From NCBI GenBank assembly GCA_964016885.1, contig OZ024740.1, positions 47,492,001-47,556,000 on the forward strand: 64,000 nt of DNA, given 5' to 3'. The stretch comes from Eledone cirrhosa. Lineage: Eukaryota. The position numbers and the translations under genes are program-made. The notes beneath the pieces are model-generated. The model ran no database searches and was not told the DNA's origin. It saw nothing but the letters and a program-made list of their open reading frames with translations. Below are positions 12,659 through 27,386 of the stretch, piece after piece (positions within the stretch are counted from its first letter, which is position 1; each line of letters begins with the position of its first letter).

Positions 12659-13963
12659 TAAAAGGAAAAGAAAATGCTGACAAATTGTTCCCAGTGAAAA
12701 ATAGTTTGATTGGGAATAAGTAAAAATTAGTAATAGTATTGGTTAGTATTCAGTTTTGATTTTAAGTTTTACCGGTTGCGCATTTCTAATGATTTTCAAA
12801 AATAATTTTGAGATAGACCACCCGTGATGTTTGCTCTAATCTGATTAGTTTTAGAAATTCTACCTGTTTTATGTAAAAAAAAGTAAACTAAAAGCTCTTC
12901 CATACATCTCCACACACAACCCCCTCAACAATGAGGCCTTTGACACCATCCTCCAGAACATCCCTGTGTTAAAAAAGGACCATAGAATGAACCAAATCCT
13001 ACGAACACACGATATCATAAAGAGCAAAAGACAATCTAAGTCAATGAAAAACATCCTAACACATGCCAAAGTACTTCCAACCACATCAACGAAACCCACA
13101 GTAAAAAAATGCGATAGACCCAACTGTGGAATATGCATCAACCTAATCGAGGGTTCGGAATTCTATTTCAAAGAAGGACAACGTTTTATAATAAAACACA
13201 ATTCCACATGCGCATCAGAAAATCTAATATATGTATTAACTTGCTCAGGTTGTCGAGAACAATACATAGGCCAGACCAAAAACAGCCTCCGCCAACGCAT
13301 GACTGTCCATAGATCCCAAATTAAAATACGGGAATACAGGAAAATACCACTGAGTGAACACATTGATACCTGTGCCGCCCAAAATCATCCCAACTTCAGA
13401 ATCTTTCCCCTCTACAAATTTAAAGATAATGCCACCTACACCCAGCGCATCAGCAAGGAATCTCACTTTATTAACAAATACGGACCCCGTCTAAACACTT
13501 CTCCCTAAGACGAACCCACAACATACACACGTCAACATACATACCTACATCAGCATACATCTCTATCCACATATAAACACAATGACATACGTAAACACAC
13601 ATGTTCTATGGTGCAACACAAATATACACAAATTTGCATACCTTTTGATGCCTATAGATATAAACCTGCCGACACACACACATATATATACACACACATG
13701 CATTGCACACTGATGGGCACCTACATATTTGTACGCAAGTATTCCAATATGGCAAAGCCTAATGGATTCCCCTTGCAGTACGTACAATCTGGACGCTCAC
13801 ACACACCTTGGTATTATGCCAATACTATATATCATTTCACACCTTTTATTATTAAGGTTTTTGATGTTCTATTGAGAAAATCGTTTTTACTGAAAATATC
13901 GAATAATGTACACAATTTTTACCAGTATCACAAAAATACTGGTCCACACACACACACTCACAT

Positions 13964-14022
<59 letters not shown>

Positions 14023-14198
14023 CACACACACACATACACACGCGTACATTAACATACAAAGAGACATATACACACACACACACACACACTTCTCCGTATA
14101 AGACAAGAGCTGAAAAATATCTTTTAACATGTTAAAATATCCCCCACACACGTACAGACACATTCCTACTGACCATCCCTCTACCACGAATTACTCTG

Positions 14199-14296
<98 letters not shown>

Positions 14297-14796
14297 GCGC
14301 GCACTTGTCTTAATATGCATTTGAACTGTCAACAGGCTGCGGTTCGCACACACATCCCTGCTGACCATTATCACAACAACGAACCTCTTTACTACTACTA
14401 CTACACACACACACATATTTGTCTTGAAAGACTTATTTTTCAGTGACTTCTCAATCAGCCGAGACAAACCTACATTTGGCGCAAAATCAATTTTTAACAT
14501 TCACATGACCTCTACCGACCAATCAAAATTGTTTTGACCACAAGAATTTTTTCATACATCTGGAGCCACTTTCTTTTTACATAAAACAGGTAGAATTTCC
14601 AAAACTAATCAGATTAGAGCAAACATCCCTGGCGCTCTATCTCAAAATTATTTTTGAAAAGCAATAGAAATGCGCAACCGGTAAAACTTAAAACCAAAAC
14701 TGAATACTAACCAATACTATTACTAATTTTTACTTATTCCTAATTAAACTATTTTTCACTGGGAACAATTTGTCAGCATTTTCTTTTCCATTTACC
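12657..14796 (+). mobile_element. 5'-truncated PLE (Neptune-like) with ~220-bp inverted termini; GIY-YIG remnant ~12880-13508
   Basis: CDRPNCGIC linker, NLIYVLTC..C..QYIGQT..LRQRM..H; 12657-12879 is the reverse complement of ~14574-14796; (TA)n flanks. Confidence 0.88.
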
Positions 14797-14808
14797 AATA
14801 TATCATAA

Positions 14809-14846
<38 letters not shown>

Positions 14847-15009
14847 GTAGAACACTGGAAGGTAATATCCGTAGTGGTAGAGCACTCAGTCCATGGGACG
14901 AGTCAGGTAGATGTGGTTACACAACAGTTTGTTCACCATACCGAGAACAATTGCTTAAAGATCGACTGGTAGTTCAGGAAACGTTCCTTAAATCGTTTCC
15001 TGAATGTGC

Positions 15010-15113
15010 GCCGAGGTTGACTTTGCCTTTCATCCTTACGGGATCGATAAAATAAAGTACCAGTAATGCACTGGGTAATTGCTGGCCTTGTGCCTAAAGT
15101 AGCAACGATTATT
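15010..15113 (+). mobile_element. Truncated tRNA-SINE (family 1)
   Basis: CTTTGCCTTTCATCCTTACGGGATCGATAAAATAAAGTACCAGT core shared with about 10 other copies in the window. Confidence 0.8.
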
Positions 15114-15834
15114 TTGCTTCGCATTTATACTATTTTTCTACATACAAGCTTCTTTATCATATACAAAAAATACCTTACCACTACAACCTCCATAATACTC
15201 TTGATTACCCGCTTAAAGTGCTTGTATTACATTTAACACCCTGCCGCACAATATTCATATATAAATAAGACACACGTGCATGCCCCACGTGTAACTAATG
15301 CATACAATAACTACTACAACTGACTAACAAACTATCCTCTTGCATTATTTACGTTAACTGCCGACTATATTTTAATTTTGCATTGATGTTGTATTTTAAT
15401 TTTAATTGTGCTTTGATTCTGTTTTAATGTGATTTTGTTTTTGAATTTTTAATTGCCATTCAGAAATAATATAATATATGTCACCCCAGTGTACATCAAT
15501 ATATACATATGTATCTGTATGTCTCTTGCGTTGGAAAGGAGGTCATGTATGTGTACAAACATTGAAAAATGGTCCGAAGACTCCAAGCCTCGGTTTGGAT
15601 GAAACAATTCTAAGCGAATAAATGCTTTGAACATAGCTTTGATTCCTGTGAATTCTATATAACTGCTCTGTAGAACAACTTATGTTGTTACATTGAGCTA
15701 TTTATCTTACTGGTAATAAGGTAGTAAGAAATTACTGACTTTCACTGTTTAAGGTTTAAAATATATATAACTATAAAAAGTTTTAGTATATACATAACCA
15801 TAAATAGTATCCTTAATACTATATATATATAGTA

Positions 15835-16663
15835 CAATAACTAGGGTAAGAACGGGATGGAAGAAGTTTAGGGAACTACTACCACTGCTAGCTGCAAAAG
15901 GCTTCTCCCTCAGAATGAAAGGCAGACTGTATGATGCGTGTATCCGAACAGCGATGTTGCATGGTAGTGAGACCTGGGCGCTGAAGGTGGAAGACTTACG
16001 TAGATTAGAGAGAAACGAAGCCTGCATGCTCCGATGGATGTGTAACAGTAATATACGTGAACGACAAAGCATAAAGGAATTGAGAGAGAGACTGAGCATA
16101 AGAGGAATCAAATGCTGCGTGCAGGAGAGGCGGTTACGCTGGTATGGACATGTGATGCGTATGAAGGATGACAGCTGCATAAAAAGGTGCAGAGCACTAG
16201 AAGTTGATGGAAACCGCGGAGTGGGGAGACCCAAGATGACTTGGGATGAGGTGATAAAAGCCGACCTTACCCAACTACACCTCTCAAAGTCAATGACACA
16301 CGACCGTGACTTCTGGCGTCACGCAGTAATACAGGGTACCCGACCTCCCATGGGTACATGCTGAAGCATATAAACAATATGCCCCCCCCCCCCACCGCAA
16401 GGTGGTCGTGGAGGTGCCACGGCAAAAAAGCACCCAGCCCACACTGTAAAGTGGACGTGTAGGCGCCACGAAAAAGCACCCAGCACTCACTGTAAATGAG
16501 GTTGGTGTTAGGAAGGGCATCCAGCTGTAGAAATCAAGCCAGATCAGTTCCTGTATGAGCAAGGCATGGTCAGCCGACCAGACACTGCCCACAACAGGAC
16601 AACCTGTCTAACCCATGCTAGCGTGGAAGAACGGACGTAAAACGGTGATGATGATGATGATGA

Positions 16664-16665
<2 letters not shown>
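15835..16665 (+). mobile_element. RTE-clade LINE 3' end
   Basis: MLHGSETW, ERNEACMLRWM, RLRWYGHVMR, GRPKMTW; (GAT)n tail. Confidence 0.9.
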
Positions 16666-16719
<54 letters not shown>

Positions 16720-16869
16720 AAAAAAAGATGAAATCGAAAATGCAACTGGAGTCTTATTTTTTTTAAAAATAAGACTCCAGTTGCATTTTCGATTTCATCT
16801 TTTTTTTCTTTATACTTTCACTCGTGTAGGACACCTCGATTACTTTTCATTTTCTAAAAATAACCTCAC

Positions 16870-16940
<71 letters not shown>

Positions 16941-16945
<5 letters not shown>

Positions 16946-17968
16946 CAGCACAGACTCCACTACAGCAATGAAGAGGCGGATTTTCAGGTCTCTACGAAGG
17001 TCCGACTTCCACACCGATCTCAAGCTGTGGCACGCCGCCCAGGCCCTGCTCTTCCTCTCAACCACATCATCTTCTGTATTCCCAATCTTTGCTCCCAAAT
17101 ACAGGAAGTCCTCAACCAATTCCAGCGGCTTCCCGCCTACATTAGTGATCCCCTCTGGCTTCTCAACATTCTCTACCAGATATTTTGTTTTAGTCTCATT
17201 CATTCTCAGCCCCACACTCATCGACACAGTCTCAACCTCCCGCATCAAATCCTCTGCCTCCTTCACTGTATTTGTCACCAAAACTATGTCGTCGGCAAAT
17301 TCAGCATCCGATACCTTTTTCGCCCTAACTCTCCTACTCTGAGCCGGTGCTACAGTAAAGCCAGAGTCCTGGTGTTTCTCCAGTGCAAGGCGCATACAAT
17401 AGTCCACTACGATGATAAAAAGGTAGGGAGCCAATGTATCTCCCTGGAGCACTCCAGCCAGTATCTCAAAGAACTCTGTCATCCCATCAGATGTAATGAC
17501 GTGGGCTTTGGTGTTGGTGTAGAGCAGTGATATCAGGTCCACTATCCTCTTGGGGATTCCATAAGCTGTATGGGTCTGAGACATGGACACTGACCAAGAA
17601 ACTCACTCAGATGGTGGATGGGTGCTACACGAGAATGCTGAGGATGGCTCTGAACATTAATCAGTATACACTGAGGATGAAAAAATCAGAGCTGTATGGG
17701 AGCATCCCAAAAGTCAGCTCAAAAGTGACACAGAGGAGACTGAGGTTGGCTGGACATGCTCACCGACATCCAGAGTTGACATTACACTCAGTGCTCCTTT
17801 GGGAGCCCCTACATGGACACACTAGATGAGGAAGACCAAGGTTAACATATGTTGATGCCCTAAGGACAGACACTGGTCTGTTGGAGATGCAGGATATGGC
17901 AGCGATAATGAGGGACAGAGACCGCTGGAGAGAACTCGTCCATGGATCTCGGGAATTTTACCCGCCTT

Positions 17969-17970
<2 letters not shown>
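16941..17970. mobile_element. RTE-type LINE with 5' inversion (minus 16941-17565, plus 17566-17970)
   Basis: Minus part GVLQGDTLAPYLF..FADD..YLG..ESVLLY continues as plus-strand LYGSETW..RLRLAGH. Confidence 0.88.
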
Positions 17971-18043
<73 letters not shown>

Positions 18044-18708
18044 TGTCTACAGTGCGAAGACTGGAAAGGCCACAAATTAGGATACTACGCGATGCATGAT
18101 GATATGGATATATATATATATATATATATATATATCCTAACTGTATGGAAGTCTTTGTTTTGTCGACTGCAGAAGTTGACAATTTATAGAGTGCATCATC
18201 ATTTTCGTCGCTGTTACTTTTACGAAAATGAAAACGGTACGTTATACTCCAAAGTCTGTGAAATGTTTATGAAACATTTATAAAAACGATCTAAAGATAA
18301 GAAATCTATAGGGAAGATTCTAACAAACATTGTTCGCCGTTTGATATTTTAAAATTCAACTGGATGATTAGATTTTATTTTTTTAACTTATATAGAAGTG
18401 AAATCAGATTTGATATATGGTACTTTTTGTACCTCTACCATAAATGATAATTATGCCCGTTTGAAGCACTACACACTCCGCCTCGATAGCCTCTTCAAAA
18501 TAATTTTCAAGTCACATCTGCCGTGTTTTCAAGTGTGTTTTCTTTTTTTCCATATCTGTCTCTGGTATTTTAGTGATACTTTCTTGTTCTGTAATGAATG
18601 CACGTTGCTCAATTCTTTCAGTAAAACCATCGCTGAGTTCAATCGACACCTGCTCCACTGTGGTAACCATATCATCTTTGTCATTGCCATCATGAAAATC
18701 TCCTCATG

Positions 18709-19100
18709 AGGGCGGTAGATTGGCAGTATCGGTAGAGGGTTGGACGCCATGCTTTCTTCATAGTTACGTCCCTTTACGATCTGAGTTCAAATCCCGTTGA
18801 GGTTAACTTTGCCTTTCATCCTTAAGTGGTCAATAAAATAAAGTACCAGTAATGTACTGGGTAATTGCTGGCCTTGTGCCAAAAATAGAAACAATTATAT
18901 ATTTGTTCCCGGTGGATTAACAGTATCGGTAGAGTGTCAGACGCCAGGCTTTGCAGCATAGAGTTACGGCCCTTTACGATCTGAGTTCAAATCCTGTCGA
19001 GGTTAACTTTGCCTTTCATCCTTACGGGGTCGATAAAATAAAGTACTAGTAATGCACTAGGATTATTGCTCGCCTTGTGCCAACAGTAGGGACAATTATA
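18709..19100 (+). mobile_element. Two tandem tRNA-SINEs (family 1)
   Basis: A/B-box-like TGGCAGTATCGG and GAGTTCAAATCC plus family core; copies ~18709-18898 and ~18909-19100. Confidence 0.85.
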
Positions 19101-19391
19101 AATTTGTTCAGCTGTTAAACCTCATCAATGAATCTCTCTGCTACTTTATAATCAGCAGGTGCCTTATCATTGCAAATCTTTCATTAGTTAATGCCTTATC
19201 TTTTCTTAAATGTTTCTTCAATAATGTGTTCGTTGTGATAGATTTTTGCTTGTTATATATATAATCATCAGGCCGTTATATGGAATATATTATATGGTAT
19301 ACATTGCTGCATCAACACACTATAAGCTTCTCTTTTTGCTCTATGTAATCGTTTTCTATATTCTATTAACTTCTGTTCATCTGTTTCTCGA

Positions 19392-19593
19392 AGGCGGTTG
19401 ATTGACAGTATCGGTAGAGCGTCGGACAACATGCTTTGCAACATATAGAGTTCAAATCCCGCCGAGGATATCTTTGCCTTTCATCATTAAAGGGTCGATA
19501 AAATAAAGTACCAGTAACGCACTGAGGTCGATTTAATCGGCTTTCACCTCCCCAAAAATTGTTGACCTACTACCTAAATCAGAAACAATTATT
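19392..19593 (+). mobile_element. tRNA-SINE (family 1)
   Basis: Same head and core. Confidence 0.8.
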
Positions 19594-19966
19594 CCGTTTC
19601 TCAAGGTTATTTATGATGATTGTTCTGGCATCAAACTCATCGGTTAAACGCTTCGCATTTTACCGCTATCGAATTTTTCCAGAAACTTGTCATCGATAAA
19701 CATACATGCTCCCACTTTCCATTGCCTTATTACCCATAGTAGTTTATGCAGGCTTTTTCGCTATTTACAACACGGAGTAGAACATAAAACGCGGTACATA
19801 GGACAATAAACTGATGCCAACTTAACTGAACTGAACAAGCTTAACCCAAGGTGAATGAAGTCCCTCAAAACATCTGACGACTCTGACGACTGAATTGTAT
19901 TGAATACATCAACTGTCATTTCTGGCTTAATTTATAGATACCAATAAAAACGATGGATAGACTTAC

Positions 19967-19993
19967 ATGCAGGATGAGTGATTACTGCGTTCA
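19967..19993 (-). CDS. 27-nt phase-1 micro-exon xNAVITHPA
   Basis: Strong TTTTTTTTATATTTCCAG acceptor and GTAAGT donor; phase fits exon 4594. Confidence 0.65.
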
Positions 19994-21759
19994 CTGGAAA
20001 TATAAAAAAAATAGAATTCTTAAACTATGTAACAATACGTTTGGTAAAACTACTAATGAAATCCCGAATACATATTTCTTTGATTGATATCCTTCTCGAC
20101 TCTAATTAGAAAACCATTAACTTGTTGTTTTAGAATGCATGAGATGCATGTAATTGCAAAACATGTTACGTGTATGAATATTAATAAATAATATGTATAT
20201 ACAAGTGTGTGTGTGTATATATATACATTCATTAACATATATATACATATGTAGATATGTGTGCTTGTATACATATGGTGAGTGCCATTTGTGCTCTCTT
20301 CCCCCTTTATTTTAATATGTAGTATCTCCCTGTCATAGGCTCCCGTGATGATAAAGATATACACCAGTATAGCTAAACAAACACTCAACCTCATAAACAC
20401 CGATGGTACAAAAACTGGAGACGCAGGTGTGCGGGCAATCAGAGGATCATGCTTGCTGACGCCTAAACCACACCTTCAAAATACCGACAGGGAAAATGAA
20501 ACTACAGACGCCTAGATGCTTAACTGTTGCAAGGGCATGTGATATTCCGATTCTCTGCATTTTCTTGAATATTTCTTACATAAACACAAGGCCGTGAATA
20601 TATCTATATAAGTACAACGCTTCTAATTTATAGAAGCGAGAGAATATAATTTACATCTATTGAAAATAATTTTAGAATAGAATAAAAGTACCAGAAATGA
20701 AACGTATTTTATTTCTATATCCCTCACCTTTAATTATTAGTTTCTTTTGTATTAGATAACAACTTGTAGCAGTATTGCCTTTCCCACAAACATTGCAATT
20801 TCTATTTGTAATATTTAAATGTATATGAGGAACTATGTCAACTTTTGTGATGTGTACAGTCGGTTGAAAAGATATTAGTATATTACTTGTATTTCTGACT
20901 CTAGTGCGATGGTAGGCAAATTATACACAAGTGGGATTTTAAATTGAAACGAAAAGAGTGTAACTAAATACTGTAAAGTATATCTAGACAGGTGCCATTT
21001 AATTATATCAGGTCCAAATTCTAGAACAGAAAAACAAGCAACTATTGATCCTTACGCATGAAGTATTTGAAAAGGGTAGAGTAAAAATAAAGTATTTAAC
21101 TATTAACAAATCAAATAGAGAAACATTAGCATCAGAGACACAAGCATAACCGTGAGGTTAAAAAGATCGCTTCGCATAAATATGGTTATGGACTCGATGC
21201 CATAGCATATTACATAAAGCAAATGAATTCCACTGCAGTTGTAGGTTGTGTGGAATTTAATTGACTGAAGGTATACTCAATCCCATATGTGTTCAAGCCC
21301 ATATATGTATGTGTGTTTGTGTGTTGGTGTCCGTGTTAGTTTATGTTTTCAGTGTATACGAATGTGTCCGTATCGAATTACATTGTTTCTGTAAAACATT
21401 TTACTGGAGATTTAATGAATAGAAGACGAAAGGATAGCTGCTTGAAATAACTATTGGGTTCGATATGATCGACTAAAGCATTTGTATTTAAGCATGGGTT
21501 GCAACCCAGTGACTGAAACATTAAATTTACACATTAAATTTACTAAACCTCTAAAATCCCGACAGAGTCTCAAAATAGTAAAAACAAAACATTTATATCT
21601 AAACTATAATAAAGTAAGGAGTGCGGGACTACATCCAGAATATAATTTGTTATCCCGTTTGTAAAATAAGTTGGATTACTTTGAATAAATAATGAATGAA
21701 TATTACATAGTTTATCTAATAAATTTCGTGGCTGTTCATTAAATATATTTTATTACTTA

Positions 21760-22108
21760 TTTAAAGATTCACTTCTTTTAAATTTTCAAATGTCAACACT
21801 TCCGGTTAGCGATCGCTTAAATAAATATTCATATATTTCCGTCACTAATTTTCTCCTAATGCAGTTTATATATAATATCGTCTTTTTTTAATGTATCATG
21901 GATTACGTTACTGATTACATACGTCTTCGTTCAATTTCTGTCAATTACGGTTTTATTTGATGTATCATATCTACATGTATATATACTTGCGTATAATATC
22001 AATATACACACTACACATGCTAGCAGAAAACCACCCGAAGGGTGGATTTTCTGATAGTTGGGTTAATAACCAATATATGGAGACTCATATCACATCTATT
22101 TAATACTA
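21760..22108 (-). pseudogene. Decayed exon-like block (ZP-N-like start VLNRCDMSLHILVINP)
   Basis: TTTTTTATTCAG acceptor, phase 1; ~100 bp homologous to 31865-31965; contains stops; 3' boundary uncertain. Confidence 0.3.
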
Positions 22109-22217
22109 CTGAATAAAAAATACTATTGTCCAAGGAAACTCGACATGATGAGGGAAAATACTAACCACTGAATATATTAGTTTTGTGAAGGTATGAATAC
22201 TAATCAAATGGAATCTC

Positions 22218-22307
<90 letters not shown>

Positions 22308-23647
22308 ATATATCTCTATCTCTATCTATCTATCTCTCTATCTATCTATCTCTCACTCTCTTCTATCAGCTCCAGTTCTGTGGAGTACGAAAATGGGATG
22401 TCTGTTTATTTATTTCCCAATGAGATTTCTTATTCTGCCTCTTATTATAATGAAGTACTAAACTCTCAATGACCCAGTCCACAATTCTGCTTTTAATTAA
22501 CATAAAACAAATGGTGGTATTGTTCAAGTGACATGTTCTGACCTAAAATGGTCTATTTAACAAAAGCTACAATTTCCTTACGTTAAGGAAAGGAATATTT
22601 CGCAGATAATCGATTTTTTAAGAAATCATCATTGCTACGGGGAGGTGATAAAAGGCAACTCCCATGACAGTTGTAGGGCTTCCGGGACAGGTGAAAAGGA
22701 AGAAAATCGATGACTATAAGTTACTGCTGTAGGAGATTATGCATTACGTTAACGAGTTATTTGCATATGCACTTAAATTGAATGCTTGAAACGGAAAGCC
22801 ATGGCTGGGACTAGATGATGTAAAATCGGATGACATATGGCGTCTAATACTTCAGAACAGGTTCAATACAATAGTTTCTGTCTACTCAGTTTTATTCTAA
22901 ATGTTTTAGTTGACACGAGACTATGGTAGCAGACATTTTCCCAGGAAGCTGTGCAGTATATTAAATCAGAACCATATGATTGAAAAGTGAACCACGCAGT
23001 AGGATCAAATATGGAACCACTTGGTTGAAACCTCAACCTGTTGACCATCCATGTATGACTGTACCAGTACGCAGGAACAAAAGATATATCCAAGAACCCA
23101 TCATAGATTTTTTAAAGCACATGTACCCCAGACTACCAACTCTTTACATTATGCATGATATACAGGGATCGAAGCATCCGAAATAAAACCTAATTTAAAG
23201 AAAAATGAGAATTAAATAAAACCTTTTAAAACAATTGAAAAATGAAATTAGTACAACCGAAAATCAAAACCCAATCGCGAAACCATTTTTCTTAGATTGT
23301 TTACCTTTAAATATTGGTTTCTTTCGTAACAGGTACAAACCTCCTATATTTCAAATAACTGTATCTAACATTGGAGACTGTCTCACTGCCATTAACAATT
23401 TATATTTGTAATATTTAAAATACGTACAACGCAATTTCAGTTCATGAGTATCTTATATTAAATAATCACTGGTATAGTAATGGTATTTATTTTACCCTGA
23501 TTCCAGTGTGATGAAAGGCAAATCAATCTCAAGTTGAATTTATTTCAACTCCCGAATATAGAGAGCGTAGCTAAATATGGTTAAGTATATTTTTAATTAT
23601 GTTCTCACCTATTTCTGATAATCCATCGTTATTTTCCTTGACTTTGA

Positions 23648-23868
23648 AGGTGGTGGATTGGCAGTATCGTTAGAGCGTCGAACAACATGCTTTGAGGCAT
23701 AGAGTTACCGCCCTTCACGTTCTGAGATCAAATCCCGCCGAGGTTAGCTTTGCCTTTCATCCTTACGGGTCGATAAAATAAAGTACCAGTAACTTACTGG
23801 GGCCGATTTAATCGACTTTCGACCTCGTCCAAAATTGTTGGCCTTGTGCCTAAATCAGAAATCGTTAT
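23648..23868 (+). mobile_element. tRNA-SINE (family 1)
   Basis: Head and core; flanked by TCGTTATTTT..CTTGACTTT duplication. Confidence 0.85.
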
Positions 23869-24076
23869 TTTTCTTGACTTTAATCGAACTGGATCGATTG
23901 GTCATAAATGTGAAAGTGATAGCGATGTTTTGTGACGTTCGTGCAACATCAGTTTAGTGAAAGCAAAATCTAGTTGCGTCTTATGCTAATTTGGTGTTTG
24001 CCAGTATTTTTGTTTTCAGTAATATTGCTTTCTTACATTAGTACAAAATAACAAATTTAATTTGAAATGTCTGTTA

Positions 24077-24269
24077 TATGAGGTTCGGCTGAAAAGTTCA
24101 TAGGTTGACCAAAATACTCGCATAGAATGATCAAATGAGGCTTATATGGAAAGAAACAAAACAATGCGGATTATTAATACGAAAAGCTGAAATTAATGCA
24201 TACAAGATTTCACAGCTCTAACATCACTCTTTCTTAGTCAGCCTATGAACTTTTCAGCTCACTCTCGTA
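24077..24269. mobile_element. Mariner-type MITE
   Basis: ~30-bp imperfect TIRs (GAGGTTCGGCTGAAAAGTTCATAGGTTGAC / GTCAGCCTATGAACTTTTCAGCTCACTCTC), TA flanks. Confidence 0.75.
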
Positions 24270-25016
24270 TATTCTATACACCCTAGAAGAATGAAACGTG
24301 TGATCAACTGTGAATGGATTTTAAAATGTAAACATTTATTACGTCACTGTACTGTTTCTGCTACTCAACCAACTTGATTGTGATATTACGATTTAGTTTC
24401 CATCTAAATGGGAGCCATATAATTTTGCAATCAATAGCCTTGAAACGGAGCATGAAAGTCACAACTTCGCATTTTGTTTCTCTAAAGCAATGGGTAGTTT
24501 GTGTCGGTGCAAAAGAAACCAATATTAATTTATTTTTCCCAGTTGTAAATATATAAAAGAAAAGAGTAAGATTATGTGGTGTTTACGCCTTTCTCAGAAA
24601 TTCTTACCTCTAGATTTCAGTAAAGAAAGCTTATATTCATTAATAGCTTTTTCCAACCAGTCACAGATGTCTACAGTAAATGATGCATGAGTATAGTTAT
24701 TTGGAGTTAGTTATATGCACCCTGATAATTAATTGAAAATATACATTGTGCTAATATGGTAAAAAATCAAATTGACATTGTGGTTCCAATATGCGAATTT
24801 CAATTTCTTGTTCTATTAGAAAACGTATTTTACAAAGAATCTATCATACTGTTTTCCTTCTTTTTTTTTTGTTATGTTTATCAATATAAACCTTTCCCTT
24901 ACCTTAATAGATCCATATTTATCCATTGGCAATATTTAGAGATCCTATACACAAAATATAATCACAATATGTTAAAAAATATGCACTAGATATATTTCAT
25001 GTTGATACAGACTTGC

Positions 25017-25558
25017 GGTAAGACTTCAACTCAGCATTGCAGATTAACGAAGCATCATTAATAACACAATTGCATTTGTTTCACTTAACTGGATTCAATC
25101 TGCCTAATTCAAGACTCTTCACTGTGCCAAAGTAAAATTAAATGATGGTTTGCAACCAAAGTCCTATACATGTGAGACGGCAAATAAGTTTAAGACGATA
25201 TATTACCTGCAAAGACATTTGTTAGTTAAACCACATAGATTCTCACCTGTTCTCTCTAGCTATATTTGGATATTGAGAGAGAAAGCATGTGACAAATTCA
25301 ATATATCTTAGTCTATTCTCACCGCTTCTTTTGTTTATAAGCGATATATACAGTTGTCATCTTTGCTTAACCTAAAAGATATTAGTTAAGAACAGCTTAA
25401 ATTCAAGAAATAATTTTCCTTGTAACATTTTTCTGTGACACAATTTTTAAGTAAATTTTCTACATTTTTCGCATCTTCTACTGGTTTTGCTTTCGTTTCA
25501 GGTTTTGCATTTCTGTATTATTTCTCTTTTTTATATTTGTCTTTCTTTTCTTTTTGAA
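25017..25558 (-). pseudogene. Decayed large exon (Lys-rich linker + possible ZP-N)
   Basis: Acceptor GTTCAG|TTCAAA same as at 33398; phase-1 reading QKEKKDKYKKEK*YRNAKPETKAKPVEDAKNVENLLKNCVTEKCYKENYFLNL; multiple stops; possible GCAAGT donor. Confidence 0.35.
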
Positions 25559-25699
25559 CTGAACTAAGACAGAGCGCAGCTTTTATATATCGATCTCTTA
25601 ATGAAGAGCGAGTTCTGATAGCATTTCAACATAACATTTTCCCATATGTCTTCTTTCCTTCCTCTCTCTCTCTCTCACTCACTCACTCTCTCTCTCCCT

Positions 25700-25749
<50 letters not shown>

Positions 25750-25941
25750 GTGAACAACACAATATATAACTACTCCATTACCAAAGGTTTCTGGATCCCA
25801 GACAATATTAATATACAATATTAATATACATATATAAATGGAGTAGTTATATAGTGTGTTCACTTTCTAATTCTAATTAAATAGCTCTGTACTATACATA
25901 AAGCACTCTTCTTTCCTTTACTTTTTCTATGGAAATACTTA

Positions 25942-25982
<41 letters not shown>

Positions 25983-25984
25983 AA

Positions 25985-26420
25985 AGTTTTAATATAGATG
26001 AGATTCTACAGGACTAGAACTGTTTCATTCATTAGAAATCATCAGGAATCTGGGTATCAAAAAATAAGTATCGTATATATAGGTCTCTACAAGTGGTAGG
26101 AGATGGTGGGAGTGGGATAGGTGTAGGTCATTGGTTGATAGAATTCATTAAAAGCTAATTCTACAAAGCTATAGTTTATTTTTATTTTTAGAGTAACAAA
26201 GGCAGAAAGAATTCTTTAAACAGGTTCAGGATGGCATGCCAATCCTTATTATTAAGTTTCTCTTAAGCTAACAGGTGTCTATAAAATCAGTGGGGGTCAG
26301 TCATGATTTATGATACCCAGATTCCTGATGATTTCTAATGAATGAAACAGTTCTAGTCCTGTAGAATCTCATCTATATTAAAACTGTTATACTCTGCTAT
26401 GTATTGAGTACCTTACTTAC
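25985..26420. mobile_element. Non-autonomous PLE pLTR derivative with ~75-bp inverted arms, each holding a hammerhead
   Basis: Homologous to 5050-5395; family A hammerheads at 26001-26051(-) and 26319-26369(+). Confidence 0.8.
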
Positions 26421-27301
26421 TGTGGTTACCTCCGATTCAACCCGGAATAACGTATATATATATATATATCGACAAGAAAGTTTGTTTTGAAACAGCGAGC
26501 AAGTTTGAAAATAGAAATAAAAGCCTTCGCCGTATTTTTGACTAAAGAGATTTCAGCTTGATAGTCAAAACTCACCTTTTTCCATTTCTTAGAGGTTTCT
26601 AAACCCCATTATCAGGCTAAAATTTATTTAGTCAAAAATACGGCAACAGCTATATATATACATAGTCCTATATATATACACAGCTATATATATACATATG
26701 TATAGTCCAGCTATTGGCCAGTTAATTTTATCGATTGTTTTTGGTTTATTCTATTGACTGTTGAATAGTTTTGTTATATTTAACCACTCTGTCGAGAGTT
26801 TTATTCGATTTGTGATATTTGGCATTTTCGCAATATTATACACAACTGAATTAATTCGCCTAATATAGGTGTTGCCTCCCTTGCTGAACCCCACGTGGAG
26901 TCAGTTACAGACGCATTTATGTGGACATTCGAACTGAATCCCGTTGACAACGCGTACTCCCAGTTCAGTCATAGTACCAGAAGCCTAACATCCTTTATGT
27001 AAATGACTTATGGAGCCGCAGAAACCCAAATACTGGATTTTACCATCTTTCCAGGGGTCCGGGTAAATCTTCAACCATATATATTTTTATATATTTTTAT
27101 ACTTGTATATCTGTTTGACCCGAATTAGGCGGTCGATTTTTCGCTGTGCGGATGATTAGTTTAACCACCATCTCAGTGTGTTTGGCCTTTAATGTAAGTT
27201 GTAAGCTCTAATTCATATGAATTATCGAGCGCTTGCTGCACAACTCGGAAGTGTTTATCGTAAATTCCTGAGCTGAAATTCGATTCTCGCTAATTTTTAC
27301 T

Positions 27302-27380
<79 letters not shown>

Positions 27381-27386
<6 letters not shown>

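Larger units (their letters stand above)
18430..19745 (-). mobile_element. Decayed Tigger/pogo (CENP-B/Jerky-like) transposase interrupted by three SINEs
   Basis: Fragments FLEKFDSG..KRLTDEF (HTH), KICNDKAPADYKVAERFIDE..LTAEQI, and acidic tail IEQRAFITEQE..TRQM. Confidence 0.65.

Noticed and set aside
25141-25236. Plus-strand C2H2-zinc-finger-like YTCETANKFKTIYYLQRHLLVKPH
   Set aside because: Second Cys missing, single finger, and it overlaps a better-supported minus-strand exon relic
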